DNA from: Desulfobacteraceae bacterium
GTDB lineage: Bacteria; Desulfobacterota; Desulfobacteria; Desulfobacterales; Desulfosalsimonadaceae
Direction: 5' to 3'
DNA length: 64,000 bases
NCBI GenBank assembly: GCA_011389515.1
Contig: JAABUA010000002.1
Location: 28,839 to 92,838, forward strand
In this document: positions 45,306 through 53,491 of the stretch, one piece after another
How the letters are laid out: each line of letters begins with the position of its first letter
Position numbering within the stretch: the stretch's first letter is position 1
Program-made: the position numbers and the translations under genes
Notes under the pieces: model-generated
What the model was told of the DNA's origin: nothing
The model's database searches: none
What the model saw: only the letters and a program-made list of their open reading frames with translations

Positions 45306-46778
45306 TTACCCCAATGTTATTTCCATTCCCATCAGCGGCCATACCAGCAATATGGTAAGCCCAAGGACCGCCAAAAGCAGGATGGATGCGGGAATGCCGG
45401 TGATAAAAAATTCTCCGCTGGTAAACTGTTTGGAATTGTATGCAATGGCATTGGGGGCGGCCCCGACCAGCAGCAGAAAGGGCATGCCGGCCACAACCAG
45501 GGCTGCAAACAGAATGATCTCGCCGCTGACCCCGAGGTAGGGAGCCACGACCAGGGCCACCGGAAGGGATATGGCAATGGAGGCCACGTTCATGATGAAG
45601 TTGGTCATGATCATGATGAAAAATGCGATACCCATGACAAATATGAACCAGTGGCTGTCCTTGAAAAACCCCAGCCAGTTGATGGCCAGCCATTCGGCTG
45701 CGCCGGTCTGCCACAGGCAGAAACCGATGCTCATGGCCCCGGCGAACAGCAAAATGATATTCCATGGAATATCTTCCAGGTCATGAATATCCAGGATGTG
45801 AAAAATAAAAAAAAGCACGGTGCCCACGAGAATAATGGCCGATTTGTTGAACGGCGCCAGCGCCGGGATGAACGATTGGAGAGACAGAAACAGGATGGTG
45901 CCCCCGACGATCAGGGCGGCAATGATTTCGTTGCGCTTCAGGGGGCCCATATCCGCATTGAGCTGCCGGGCCTTTTCCCGCAATCCCGGGATGCGGTCCT
46001 TCTCCGGTTTGAAAAAGAGCATGAAAAAACCCCACAGCAGAAAGACCATCAACCATCCTATGGGGGCCATGTAGTAGCTTAGTTCGAAAAAGGAAATGTC
46101 ATTTCCGGTGATTTCCTTGTAAAACCCCAGTGCGACGATGCCCCGTGCAGCGCCAAGAAGGGTGATAATGGAGCCGGCGCCCGCCACAAAGGCCATTCCC
46201 ATGAAAAGGCCCTTGCCGAATCGCGTGGGGGTCGTATCGGTCGTGTACAATGCGTAAATGGCAAGCAAAAGCGGGTACATGGTGGCTGCCACCGCGGTAT
46301 GCGCCATGATGTGCGTCAAGAGTGCGGTGACCACGAAGCATCCCAGGTAGATGCGGCTGGTCTTCTCGCCAACGATCATCAACATCTTGTATGCCAGCCG
46401 CTTGGTGAGCCCCACCTTTGTAAACACCATGCCGATGGTGAGCGACCCGAAGATGAACAGAACCGACGGATCCATGAAATCCCTGAATGCATCGCCTGCA
46501 GGGCGGATGAAAAAAAGTGCCTGCACAACGCCGATAAGAATGCCGGTCACACCGATGGGAAGTACTTCAAACACCCAGAATGTGCCGGCAAGCAGGAACA
46601 GGGCCAGTGCCCCTTTGGCCTGATGGCTCAGTTCGAATTGTTTCCCCATCGGATCGATGGCATCCGGCCAGGGCGGGGAATAATATACCAGGAGAAACAA
46701 ACCAATGCCGATTGCCATGAACAGCAGGCGTTTCCAGTCAAAATCGCTCTTTTCAAGTTGAGAAGTGCTCTCTGCCAT
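45306..46778 (-). CDS. DASS/SLC13-type (ion-transporter superfamily) anion permease, module 3
   Basis: 490 aa, polytopic; VGAAPNAIAYNS hairpin motif and overall similarity to the other two permeases. AAGGAG RBS. Confidence 0.8.
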   Translation of the reverse strand: MAESTSQLEKSDFDWKRLLFMAIGIGLFLLVYYSPPWPDAIDPMGKQFELSHQAKGALALFLLAGTFWVFEVLPIGVTGILIGVVQALFFIRPAGDAFRDFMDPSVLFIFGSLTIGMVFTKVGLTKRLAYKMLMIVGEKTSRIYLGCFVVTALLTHIMAHTAVAATMYPLLLAIYALYTTDTTPTRFGKGLFMGMAFVAGAGSIITLLGAARGIVALGFYKEITGNDISFFELSYYMAPIGWLMVFLLWGFFMLFFKPEKDRIPGLREKARQLNADMGPLKRNEIIAALIVGGTILFLSLQSFIPALAPFNKSAIILVGTVLFFIFHILDIHDLEDIPWNIILLFAGAMSIGFCLWQTGAAEWLAINWLGFFKDSHWFIFVMGIAFFIMIMTNFIMNVASIAISLPVALVVAPYLGVSGEIILFAALVVAGMPFLLLVGAAPNAIAYNSKQFTSGEFFITGIPASILLLAVLGLTILLVWPLMGMEITLG

Positions 46779-46803
46779 AAGGATCTCCTTGCCGAAAAAG
46801 TTG

Positions 46804-46833
46804 ATTATATTTGGAAAAATCGAAAATTATCAA
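46804..46833 (-). promoter_or_regulatory. Sigma-70-like promoter candidate for the DASS-LbH-HK-RR operon
   Basis: On the minus strand: TTGATA, 18-nt spacer, TATAAT. The -10 element ends about 26 nt upstream of the ATG at 46778. Confidence 0.45.
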
Positions 46834-46976
46834 TATATGTCAAGCTTTTTAAAGATGGAAAGAGCGTTTTATCGTAAAAATCAAGGATGATCAATCAAAT
46901 TATGCAAGGAACCGTTGTTTTTGCCGGTATTCCCGGACAGGTATGACTGTGTAGGTTGCTGGAATCTGAAAACAAA

Positions 46977-47020
46977 AAAAACCATGAAGGGAATGGTTTT
47001 GTATTCCCTTCATGGTTTTT
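46977..47020 (-). terminator. Bidirectional intrinsic terminator downstream of the USP gene
   Basis: Perfect 18-bp arms AAAAACCATGAAGGGAAT / ATTCCCTTCATGGTTTTT with an 8-nt loop. On the minus strand the hairpin core is followed by a run of 11 U. Confidence 0.8.
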
Positions 47021-47068
47021 GGAATAAAGCCGCTTGATTTGTACACGAGCCCACTCGCTGCGCCCGGT

Positions 47069-47992
47069 TTAGCAGAACCAGATCGCCATGTTGGCCGATG
47101 CCTGGAGTATTTTTCCGGACACGCCGCCCAGGGCATATTCCTGCTTGTTGGAGCTGCCGTGCCGGCCCATGACGATGGAGCCGAAACCGTTTTTCCGGGC
47201 AAAGTTTAAAATGTCGTCGGCCGGGTTGCGGGTTCCTGAGAGAATCTTGGATGTGATCTGCGTTTCTTTCATCCCCGCCTTGATCAGCTTGTCTCTCGCC
47301 CGTGTCATGAACGGGGCAATCTGCTCTTCCAGCTTGGTCTGCCATATCTGCTCCATTTCCGGTGCCGCACTGACGACTTCGTCCGGAAGATAGCTGCACA
47401 GATCCTGCTTGGTATGGATCAGGGTGATTTCCGCCTCGGTGCCCGCCATCATCTCCGCTGCCGTGTCCACGGCGCACATGGCGTTGTCTGAAGCGTCGAT
47501 GGCCATGAGGACCTTTTTGGACTCCACCTGGCTGTTGATCTGGACGATAGGGATGGCGCGGCAGTTTTCAATGATGTGGCTCGATACACTGCCGGTGAAA
47601 AATTTTTCGAGCCGGCTTCTGCCGCGTGCGCCCACCACGATAGCCCTTGCTCTTTGTGTTCCGGCGTACTGGCAGATATCCCGGGCAGGTCCCTGTTTTT
47701 TGGGTTCCGCGTGGCCATGGATGTTGTTTTTGGGAAAACCCCGGCTGATCAGTCGTTCCCTGGCTTCCGAAAGGATGGTGTCCGCCAGTTCCTTGTTTCT
47801 TTTTTCAATGGCTTCGATCTGCTTTTTTGATTCCCGCCGAACCATGGGATCGTCGAACAGGGGAGGAAGTCCCGGAACAATATAGAGCAGTTCAAGCACC
47901 AGGTCGATTCTCGAGGAAAGCATCATTGCAATATAGTCGAGCGCTTGCATGGAATTCTGGGAATTATCAACAGCGACCACCAATTTGGCCAT
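47069..47992 (-). CDS. Tandem universal stress protein (two UspA domains)
   Basis: Two repeats, each starting (K)(L/V)(V/L)(V/M)A(V/I)D.S.N(S/A)M.A(L/V)D. C-terminal IVMGRHGSS...LGGVSGKIL ATP-binding-type motif. AAGGAGG RBS. Confidence 0.85.
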   Translation of the reverse strand: MAKLVVAVDNSQNSMQALDYIAMMLSSRIDLVLELLYIVPGLPPLFDDPMVRRESKKQIEAIEKRNKELADTILSEARERLISRGFPKNNIHGHAEPKKQGPARDICQYAGTQRARAIVVGARGRSRLEKFFTGSVSSHIIENCRAIPIVQINSQVESKKVLMAIDASDNAMCAVDTAAEMMAGTEAEITLIHTKQDLCSYLPDEVVSAAPEMEQIWQTKLEEQIAPFMTRARDKLIKAGMKETQITSKILSGTRNPADDILNFARKNGFGSIVMGRHGSSNKQEYALGGVSGKILQASANMAIWFC

Positions 47993-48055
47993 TTGGACCT
48001 CCTTATCTTATTGTATTCATGGTAAAAGTCAGCATAAACAGTGTCTTATAAATAT

Positions 48056-48072
48056 AAGCAGATAGAATACCA
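48056..48072 (-). promoter_or_regulatory. Sigma-54 (-24/-12) promoter candidate upstream of the USP gene
   Basis: The minus strand reads TGGTAT-TCTAT-CTGCTT, with GG and GC at canonical -24/-12 spacing, about 64 nt upstream of the ATG at 47992. Confidence 0.45.
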
Positions 48073-48120
48073 CGTTGCTTCGGGAAGCACAAGAAATTTC
48101 ATTTCAGGATATGCTAAAAA

Positions 48121-48294
48121 TGATGCACCCGTAAAAAGTCTGGATCAGACGACTCCGTAAAAAGTCCAATATCTGCGTTACGCGCGATCCCTCAGAATTT
48201 GCGGCTTACGCCTTGTAGACATACACGTACGCTAAGTACTCTGTATTATTCGGGATCGCGCAAGCCTTGATCTTGAACTTCTTACGAAGTCGTC
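48121..48294. repeat. Structured intergenic repeat, copy C
   Basis: GATGCACCCGTAAAAAGTCTGGATCAGACGACTCCGTAAAAAGTCCAATATCTGCGTTACGCGCGATCCCTCAGAAT...ATTATTCGGGATCGCGCAAGCCTTGATCTTGAACTTCTTACGAAGTCGTC. It shares both arms with copies A and B but lacks the 16-nt palindrome. Confidence 0.85.
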
Positions 48295-49000
48295 AAAAAT
48301 CGGTCGACTGTATGCCGATGATATCATCATATGCGACCGTCAATATGCAGAAGGTAAGCGCAGTTGCCGGTATGACGCCGACAATCAGAAGTAGAATTCC
48401 CGTAAAATTCAAAGACAGCAGTATCAGGGCCAACAGAAAAATACTCAGCCATTTTTTTGTTATGATCCGCCGGCTTGTTTCCAGGGCCTGCCATGGGGTC
48501 ATTTTCCGGTCAACAACCAGCATGCTGGCAAACAAATACGCCACGGCAAGGTAGACACCCGGAAGAATAAACAGGAAAAAACCGATGATAATCAGGATAT
48601 TCATCAGTATTCCCACAAGTATGAGGGGTACGAAATAGTTGAAGGCCGTGAAAAAATCTTCAAAACGGGCAGGCTGGTGCTTTATTTTTTTGGCCGTATA
48701 AACGAAAAAACCCATGGCAACGGGAAAAATAATGATCGGTGCAGCGAACTGACCGATAACGGGGATCATTTCAATGCCGATGTTGATGGCCCAGAAAATG
48801 GCTGCATACAGCAGGTATGGGCCTATATTCTTTATAAATATCGACCATCCCTGAAGGATGTATTGTTTCAGGTGCACGGTATACCCTTCCGCCATAAGAC
48901 GGTTTGTCTCTTTCGGCCGAAGCAGCGATCCCATTTCATGGTTCCCGTTGTCATTATCCGTCATTTGCGATTCCTTGCCGTATGTTTGCGTGGTTGCCAT
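48293..49000 (-). CDS. Integral membrane protein, function unknown
   Basis: 235 aa with about 5-6 hydrophobic helices after a polar N-terminus. It lies 61 nt downstream of the sigma-54 activator gene. Family not recognised. Confidence 0.6.
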   Translation of the reverse strand: MATTQTYGKESQMTDNDNGNHEMGSLLRPKETNRLMAEGYTVHLKQYILQGWSIFIKNIGPYLLYAAIFWAINIGIEMIPVIGQFAAPIIIFPVAMGFFVYTAKKIKHQPARFEDFFTAFNYFVPLILVGILMNILIIIGFFLFILPGVYLAVAYLFASMLVVDRKMTPWQALETSRRIITKKWLSIFLLALILLSLNFTGILLLIVGVIPATALTFCILTVAYDDIIGIQSTDF

Positions 49001-49061
49001 ATAGAAACATCATGAAAAAAAGACATTGTCTATCATCTGTCAGACAGTTCAACAATCTTTT

Positions 49062-50555
49062 TTATTGTTCATCCTCTTCTTCCGGGGAATCCCAGTTCCG
49101 GATATGTTTTTTCACCGTCCGCCGGTCCAGGCCGGTTCTCCTGGCCACTTCCTCGAAGTTGTTATACCGTTGATACAAAAGACGGCAATACCCGGATACG
49201 AGTGACGCCGCATCGATGGATCCCTGCTCGATCCCGCTGATAATCTCCCGGTTGATGTCTCCTTGGGCTTCACTTGTTTCGCCGGAATAGGCTCCCCGAA
49301 GGAGGATGCCCCGGACGCATTGTTCGAGTTCGCGGACATTGCCGGGCCATGGGTAGTCGGGTCCAAGCCGTTCGTCAATGGCGTTTTGCACCATTTCGAC
49401 AAGATGCGTCGGCGGTTTTTCGATAAGCCGTTTCATGGTCAGTCCGAGAAGAAGGGGCAGCTCCCTCGGGTCTTCGGATATGCGCCGGCGAAGGGTAGGG
49501 ACGGTAATGACATCCGAACAGAGACGGTAGTAGAAGTCCTCCCGGAACAGTCCTCCGCTGCGTATCTGTTCCAGGGGACGATTGGTGGCTGCGATAACCC
49601 TTCCCTTGAAACGGTTTGTTTTCCGGCTGCCGACAGGGCTGAATTCCCGTTCCTGTAGCACCTGGAGCAGTTTCACCTGGACCGGCTTCGAGATTTCCCC
49701 GATTTCATCGAGCAGAATGGCACCATATGGGCTGCACATCTCCAATGCCCCGGGCTTGTCCTCTACGGCACCGGTAAAAGCCCCTTTTTTATGGCCGAAC
49801 AGCGCTGATTCGATCAGTGTTTCCGGAAACTGGGAAAGGTTCAGCGACACAAAGGAGCGGGTAAAACTCTCAGCAAAGGATTTCCCGCGCCGGTCAAGGG
49901 GAATATATCCGGATCGGCCGATGGCCATGGCGGCGGTCCCTTTTCCCGTTCCGGTTTCCCCCAGGAGAAGCGTGGAAAAATCCTCCATCCGATCCTTCAG
50001 ATACCGGTCATAGATGTCTATATCGTGGGTGAAGATATTGTTCCACAGCTTGAGCCGGAGGTTTTTCATGGATGCCGAGTTTCCGATAAGGCTTCGGTCG
50101 ATAAAGAAAAAGGCCCGCCGTATCTGGAATCCGAGCGGAAAATAATGCCTGAAATCGGCTTCAGAAAAACCGCGGTTCACCATGGCGGAAAACAGCTCGC
50201 TGTAGAAGGGGATTTTCAGCGGAGGGGGATCGTTTTCCAGTTGTATCCGGATGAGTTGATCGAACCGGTCCTTGAAGCTGTAGAAGAGGACCAAAAGAAA
50301 GACTTTTTTCATCAGTTCACGGTCTTCCCCGTGAAACGCCTCCAGGGATCCCATCTGTCGGGATTCCAGATCCGATATCCGGTCTTGGACGGCGGCCAGG
50401 AATTTTTCCGTTCGCAGCTTTCTTTTTGTGTCTGCGGAAACCCCGGCGATTTTCGCTTCCAGTTCCCGCCGCTGGTCGCTGAACTGGTTGATAAACCCGG
50501 CATGGGCGACCAGCCTGAAAAATTCTCTGTCATGTCCGTCTAACGGTTTGTTCAT
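49062..50555 (-). CDS. Sigma-54-interacting transcriptional activator (AAA+ plus C-terminal HTH) with no recognisable sensory domain
   Basis: Walker A GETGTGKGTAA; GAFTGA (HKKGAFTGA); LDEIGE Walker B; C-terminal NNFEEVARRTGLDRRTVKKHI. The N-terminal 190 aa or so were not recognised as REC, GAF or PAS. Confidence 0.88.
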   Translation of the reverse strand: MNKPLDGHDREFFRLVAHAGFINQFSDQRRELEAKIAGVSADTKRKLRTEKFLAAVQDRISDLESRQMGSLEAFHGEDRELMKKVFLLVLFYSFKDRFDQLIRIQLENDPPPLKIPFYSELFSAMVNRGFSEADFRHYFPLGFQIRRAFFFIDRSLIGNSASMKNLRLKLWNNIFTHDIDIYDRYLKDRMEDFSTLLLGETGTGKGTAAMAIGRSGYIPLDRRGKSFAESFTRSFVSLNLSQFPETLIESALFGHKKGAFTGAVEDKPGALEMCSPYGAILLDEIGEISKPVQVKLLQVLQEREFSPVGSRKTNRFKGRVIAATNRPLEQIRSGGLFREDFYYRLCSDVITVPTLRRRISEDPRELPLLLGLTMKRLIEKPPTHLVEMVQNAIDERLGPDYPWPGNVRELEQCVRGILLRGAYSGETSEAQGDINREIISGIEQGSIDAASLVSGYCRLLYQRYNNFEEVARRTGLDRRTVKKHIRNWDSPEEEDEQ

Positions 50556-51031
50556 TTTTCTTGGGTGCTGTTTTTTTCAGGGGCCGCGAAAAGGGTTTTG
50601 AGCACATCTTCTTTGCCAATGACGCCGACAAGTCGTTTGTTTTCGAGCACGGGCAGGGTATGGAAATTGTTGTCCACCATCAATGAGGCAATGGTTTCAA
50701 GGTCGGTGTCCGGCGTGACGGTGACCGGATTTTTCGTCATGGCTTGGGCAACCGTAAGGGCGGCGATTTTGCTGACCTCTTTTTCAAGCTGACGGGTGGA
50801 GGAAAGCGGTATGATCATGTCAAGCAGGGTGAAAACGCTTGGGAGCGGCAGTCTTTTCTGTTGGACCACCAGGTCGCTCTGGCAGAGCAGGCCTGTGAGC
50901 CGCCCTTCTCCGTCGAGGACCGGCGCCCCGTTGATGCCGTTGTCGAGAAGGACTCTCGCGGCCTGGATGATATCCGTATCCGGGGTCAGGGTGATCACTT
51001 CCGTTGTCATAATGTCTCGGGCTTTTATCAT
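50552..51031 (-). CDS. CBS-pair domain protein
   Basis: ARDIMTTEVITLTPDTDIIQAARVL... and VAQAMTKNPVTVTPDTDLETIASLM... repeats. GGAGGTG RBS. Its stop overlaps the activator ATG (ATGA). Confidence 0.85.
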   Translation of the reverse strand: MIKARDIMTTEVITLTPDTDIIQAARVLLDNGINGAPVLDGEGRLTGLLCQSDLVVQQKRLPLPSVFTLLDMIIPLSSTRQLEKEVSKIAALTVAQAMTKNPVTVTPDTDLETIASLMVDNNFHTLPVLENKRLVGVIGKEDVLKTLFAAPEKNSTQEK

Positions 51032-51293
51032 CCCACCTCCAAAGTATATGAATTGTCGGTGCTTGGTCCGTTAAACCAATGTTGTCTGATGCATGAAAAG
51101 AAAACCTTATCTTTAATGTTATCTGAATGCTCATGCGGTGTCAAATTTTTGGCAAGGGGTGGATATCGGGTTTTCCCTTGAAATTGCGCACTGCATCATA
51201 GATACTTGCATTGTAAAAATGGCTGGTATGGATATTTTATCCGTCCATAAATGATATATGAAATGATATATGTCAAACAAGGAGATTATTTCC

Positions 51294-52733
51294 ATGATGA
51301 TGAATGCTGCGCAATACGAAGAGAGTCTGCGGAAACTGGACCTGGTGGTATACATGTTCGGCAGGCGGATTGAAAATCCCGTGGATGATCCGATCATACG
51401 CCCCTCCATGAACGCGGTGGCAAAAACATATGAAATGGCCTCTGTGCCGGAATTTGAAGAGGTCATGACCGCCACATCCCACCTGAGCGGGGAAAAAATC
51501 AACCGTTTCACGCACATTCATCAGAGCACGGAGGATTTGATAAAAAAAACAAAGATGGGGCGGCTCCTGGGAGCACATACCGGATGCTGTTTCCAGCGCT
51601 GCGTCGGGATGGATGCACTGAACGCCCTGTCCATCGTTACCTATGATCTCGATAAAAAATACGGCACGGAATACAACCGGCGTTTTCTGAAATATCTCAC
51701 CTATGTGCAGGAAAACGACCTCACCTGCGACGGGGCCATGACCGATCCCAAGGGGGACCGGGGGCTTCCGCCGCACAAGCAGCCGGACCCGGATATGTAT
51801 CTGCGGGTTGTTGAGGAAACGGAAGGCGGCATCGTGGTCAGGGGGGCCAAGGCGCACCAGACCGGTGCGGTCAATTCACACGAGATCATCGTCATGCCGA
51901 CGATTGCCATGCGGGAGGAAGATAAAGACTATGCGGTTTCCTTTGCCCTGCCGTCCGACGTCAAAGGCATCACCTACATCATGGGGCGCCAGTCATGCGA
52001 TACCCGGAAAGTTGAACGGGATCTGATGGATACCGGCAATCCCGTTTTCGGTGGGCATGAGGCCCTGGTGGTGTTCGATGACGTGTTTGTCCCGTGGGAG
52101 CGGGTGTTTCTCTATAAGGAACATGAATTTGCAGGGCCGCTTGTGGAACGGTTTGCCTCCTACCATCGCCAGAGCTATGCCTGCAAGTCCGGGGTGGGGG
52201 ATGTGCTCATCGGCGCGGCCCAGACCATTGCCGAATACAACGGGGTGCACAATGCCTCCCATGTCAAGGATAAGATCATCGAGATGAACCACCTGAATGA
52301 GACGCTGTTTTGCGGATCGCTTGCATGCGCTGCAGAAGGGCGAAGGGAGCCTAGCGGAACATGGTGCGTCAACACCCTTCTGGCCAATGTTTCCAAGCAG
52401 AATGTCACGCGGTTTCCCTATGAAATCGCCCGTTTGGCGCAGGATATCGCCGGAGGCCTTATGGTCACGCTTCCGTCGGCAGCGGACTTTACATCGCCGG
52501 AAGTGGGAAAACTGCTTGAAAAATATTATCGCGGAAATCCGGATGTTTCCACGAAAAATCGCTTCCGTATCCTGCGGCTGATTGAGAACCTCACGCTGGG
52601 TGCGGCTGCGGTGGGCTATTTGACCGAATCAATGCACGGCGCCGGTTCCCCCCAGGCGCAGCGGATCATGATTGCCAGGCAGGCAGGTTTGCCTGAAAAG
52701 CAGAAGCTGGCAAAGAAGCTATGCGGTATTTAG
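51294..52733 (+). CDS. abfD: 4-hydroxybutyryl-CoA dehydratase/vinylacetyl-CoA isomerase family protein (HpaB-fold)
   Basis: Start trimmed to ATG 51294 (AAGGAG RBS 9 nt upstream). AbfD-like N-terminus (YEESLRKL...VYMFG) and Cys motif GCCFQRCVGMD (CxxxC) consistent with the Fe-S-containing AbfD branch rather than HpaB monooxygenases. Confidence 0.65.
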   Translation: MMMNAAQYEESLRKLDLVVYMFGRRIENPVDDPIIRPSMNAVAKTYEMASVPEFEEVMTATSHLSGEKINRFTHIHQSTEDLIKKTKMGRLLGAHTGCCFQRCVGMDALNALSIVTYDLDKKYGTEYNRRFLKYLTYVQENDLTCDGAMTDPKGDRGLPPHKQPDPDMYLRVVEETEGGIVVRGAKAHQTGAVNSHEIIVMPTIAMREEDKDYAVSFALPSDVKGITYIMGRQSCDTRKVERDLMDTGNPVFGGHEALVVFDDVFVPWERVFLYKEHEFAGPLVERFASYHRQSYACKSGVGDVLIGAAQTIAEYNGVHNASHVKDKIIEMNHLNETLFCGSLACAAEGRREPSGTWCVNTLLANVSKQNVTRFPYEIARLAQDIAGGLMVTLPSAADFTSPEVGKLLEKYYRGNPDVSTKNRFRILRLIENLTLGAAAVGYLTESMHGAGSPQAQRIMIARQAGLPEKQKLAKKLCGI

Positions 52734-52745
52734 TGCCGGCCGCCG

Positions 52746-53207
52746 TTACAGATACTTTGGGGCATCCGGCATGCCTTCCTTCAGCTCAAAACCGGGAAGC
52801 GTCATGACCGTGGAGGTGCCGTATGCGACTATATCACCGTCTTCGTTATAAATACCCGCTTTCCCCAATCCGATGGTTTTGCCAAGCCGTATGCACTCCC
52901 CTTTGCCGAAAAGGGTGCCGGAAACGACCGGAGCCAGGTAGTTCAATCTTACATCAACGGTTGTAAGCCCATTATCTTCATTCAACTGCGTGAAAACGGC
53001 CCAGAAGCAGGATGCATCGACAATGGATGCGCAGATGCCGCCATGGACAATGCCATAGGGCTGGAGGTGCTTTTCCCCTGCGGAAATTGTCAGCTCGGAT
53101 TTTCCCCAGGACAGGTTTTCAATGCGCATGGAAATGAGTTGGAAAAAATTGCATGCATTCGTTATGCGGGCGATTTCGGACACATATTCCGGATTCATTT
53201 TTTTCAT
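52746..53207 (-). CDS. PaaI-family hotdog-fold thioesterase
   Basis: ...LQPYGIVHGGICASIVDAS... motif, about 150 aa. Start trimmed to ATG 53207 (AGAGGA RBS). Confidence 0.75.
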   Translation of the reverse strand: MKKMNPEYVSEIARITNACNFFQLISMRIENLSWGKSELTISAGEKHLQPYGIVHGGICASIVDASCFWAVFTQLNEDNGLTTVDVRLNYLAPVVSGTLFGKGECIRLGKTIGLGKAGIYNEDGDIVAYGTSTVMTLPGFELKEGMPDAPKYL

Positions 53208-53491
53208 ATTAATTCCTCTGCTTTTGAGCGGTATAACAGACAACCGGGTTCTTCCGCGAATTTGTTCATAGAAAAATTATTTGGCAGATAAAACTATAAA
53301 GGTTGACGAATATCTATTGATATTCTACTGATAACATGATCCCGAAAATCCAGTCCGTATTTTTTCACTTTTTGTTTCGTTTTATCCTTTTGTGGTCGCA
53401 AAAACAGAAGCTGGCAATCATAGCAGGAAAAACAACAACCTTATGGTCATGTACGAACAGGCCTTGTTTTCCGTTTTTCGATGAATAAGCG

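Noticed and set aside
51032-51293. Sigma-54 promoter for the AbfD-like gene in the divergent region next to the activator operon
   Set aside because: I checked every GG dinucleotide for a GC 12 nt downstream (for example TGGCAAGGGGTGGAT and TGGTATGGATATTTT). None has the required -12 GC at the correct spacing.
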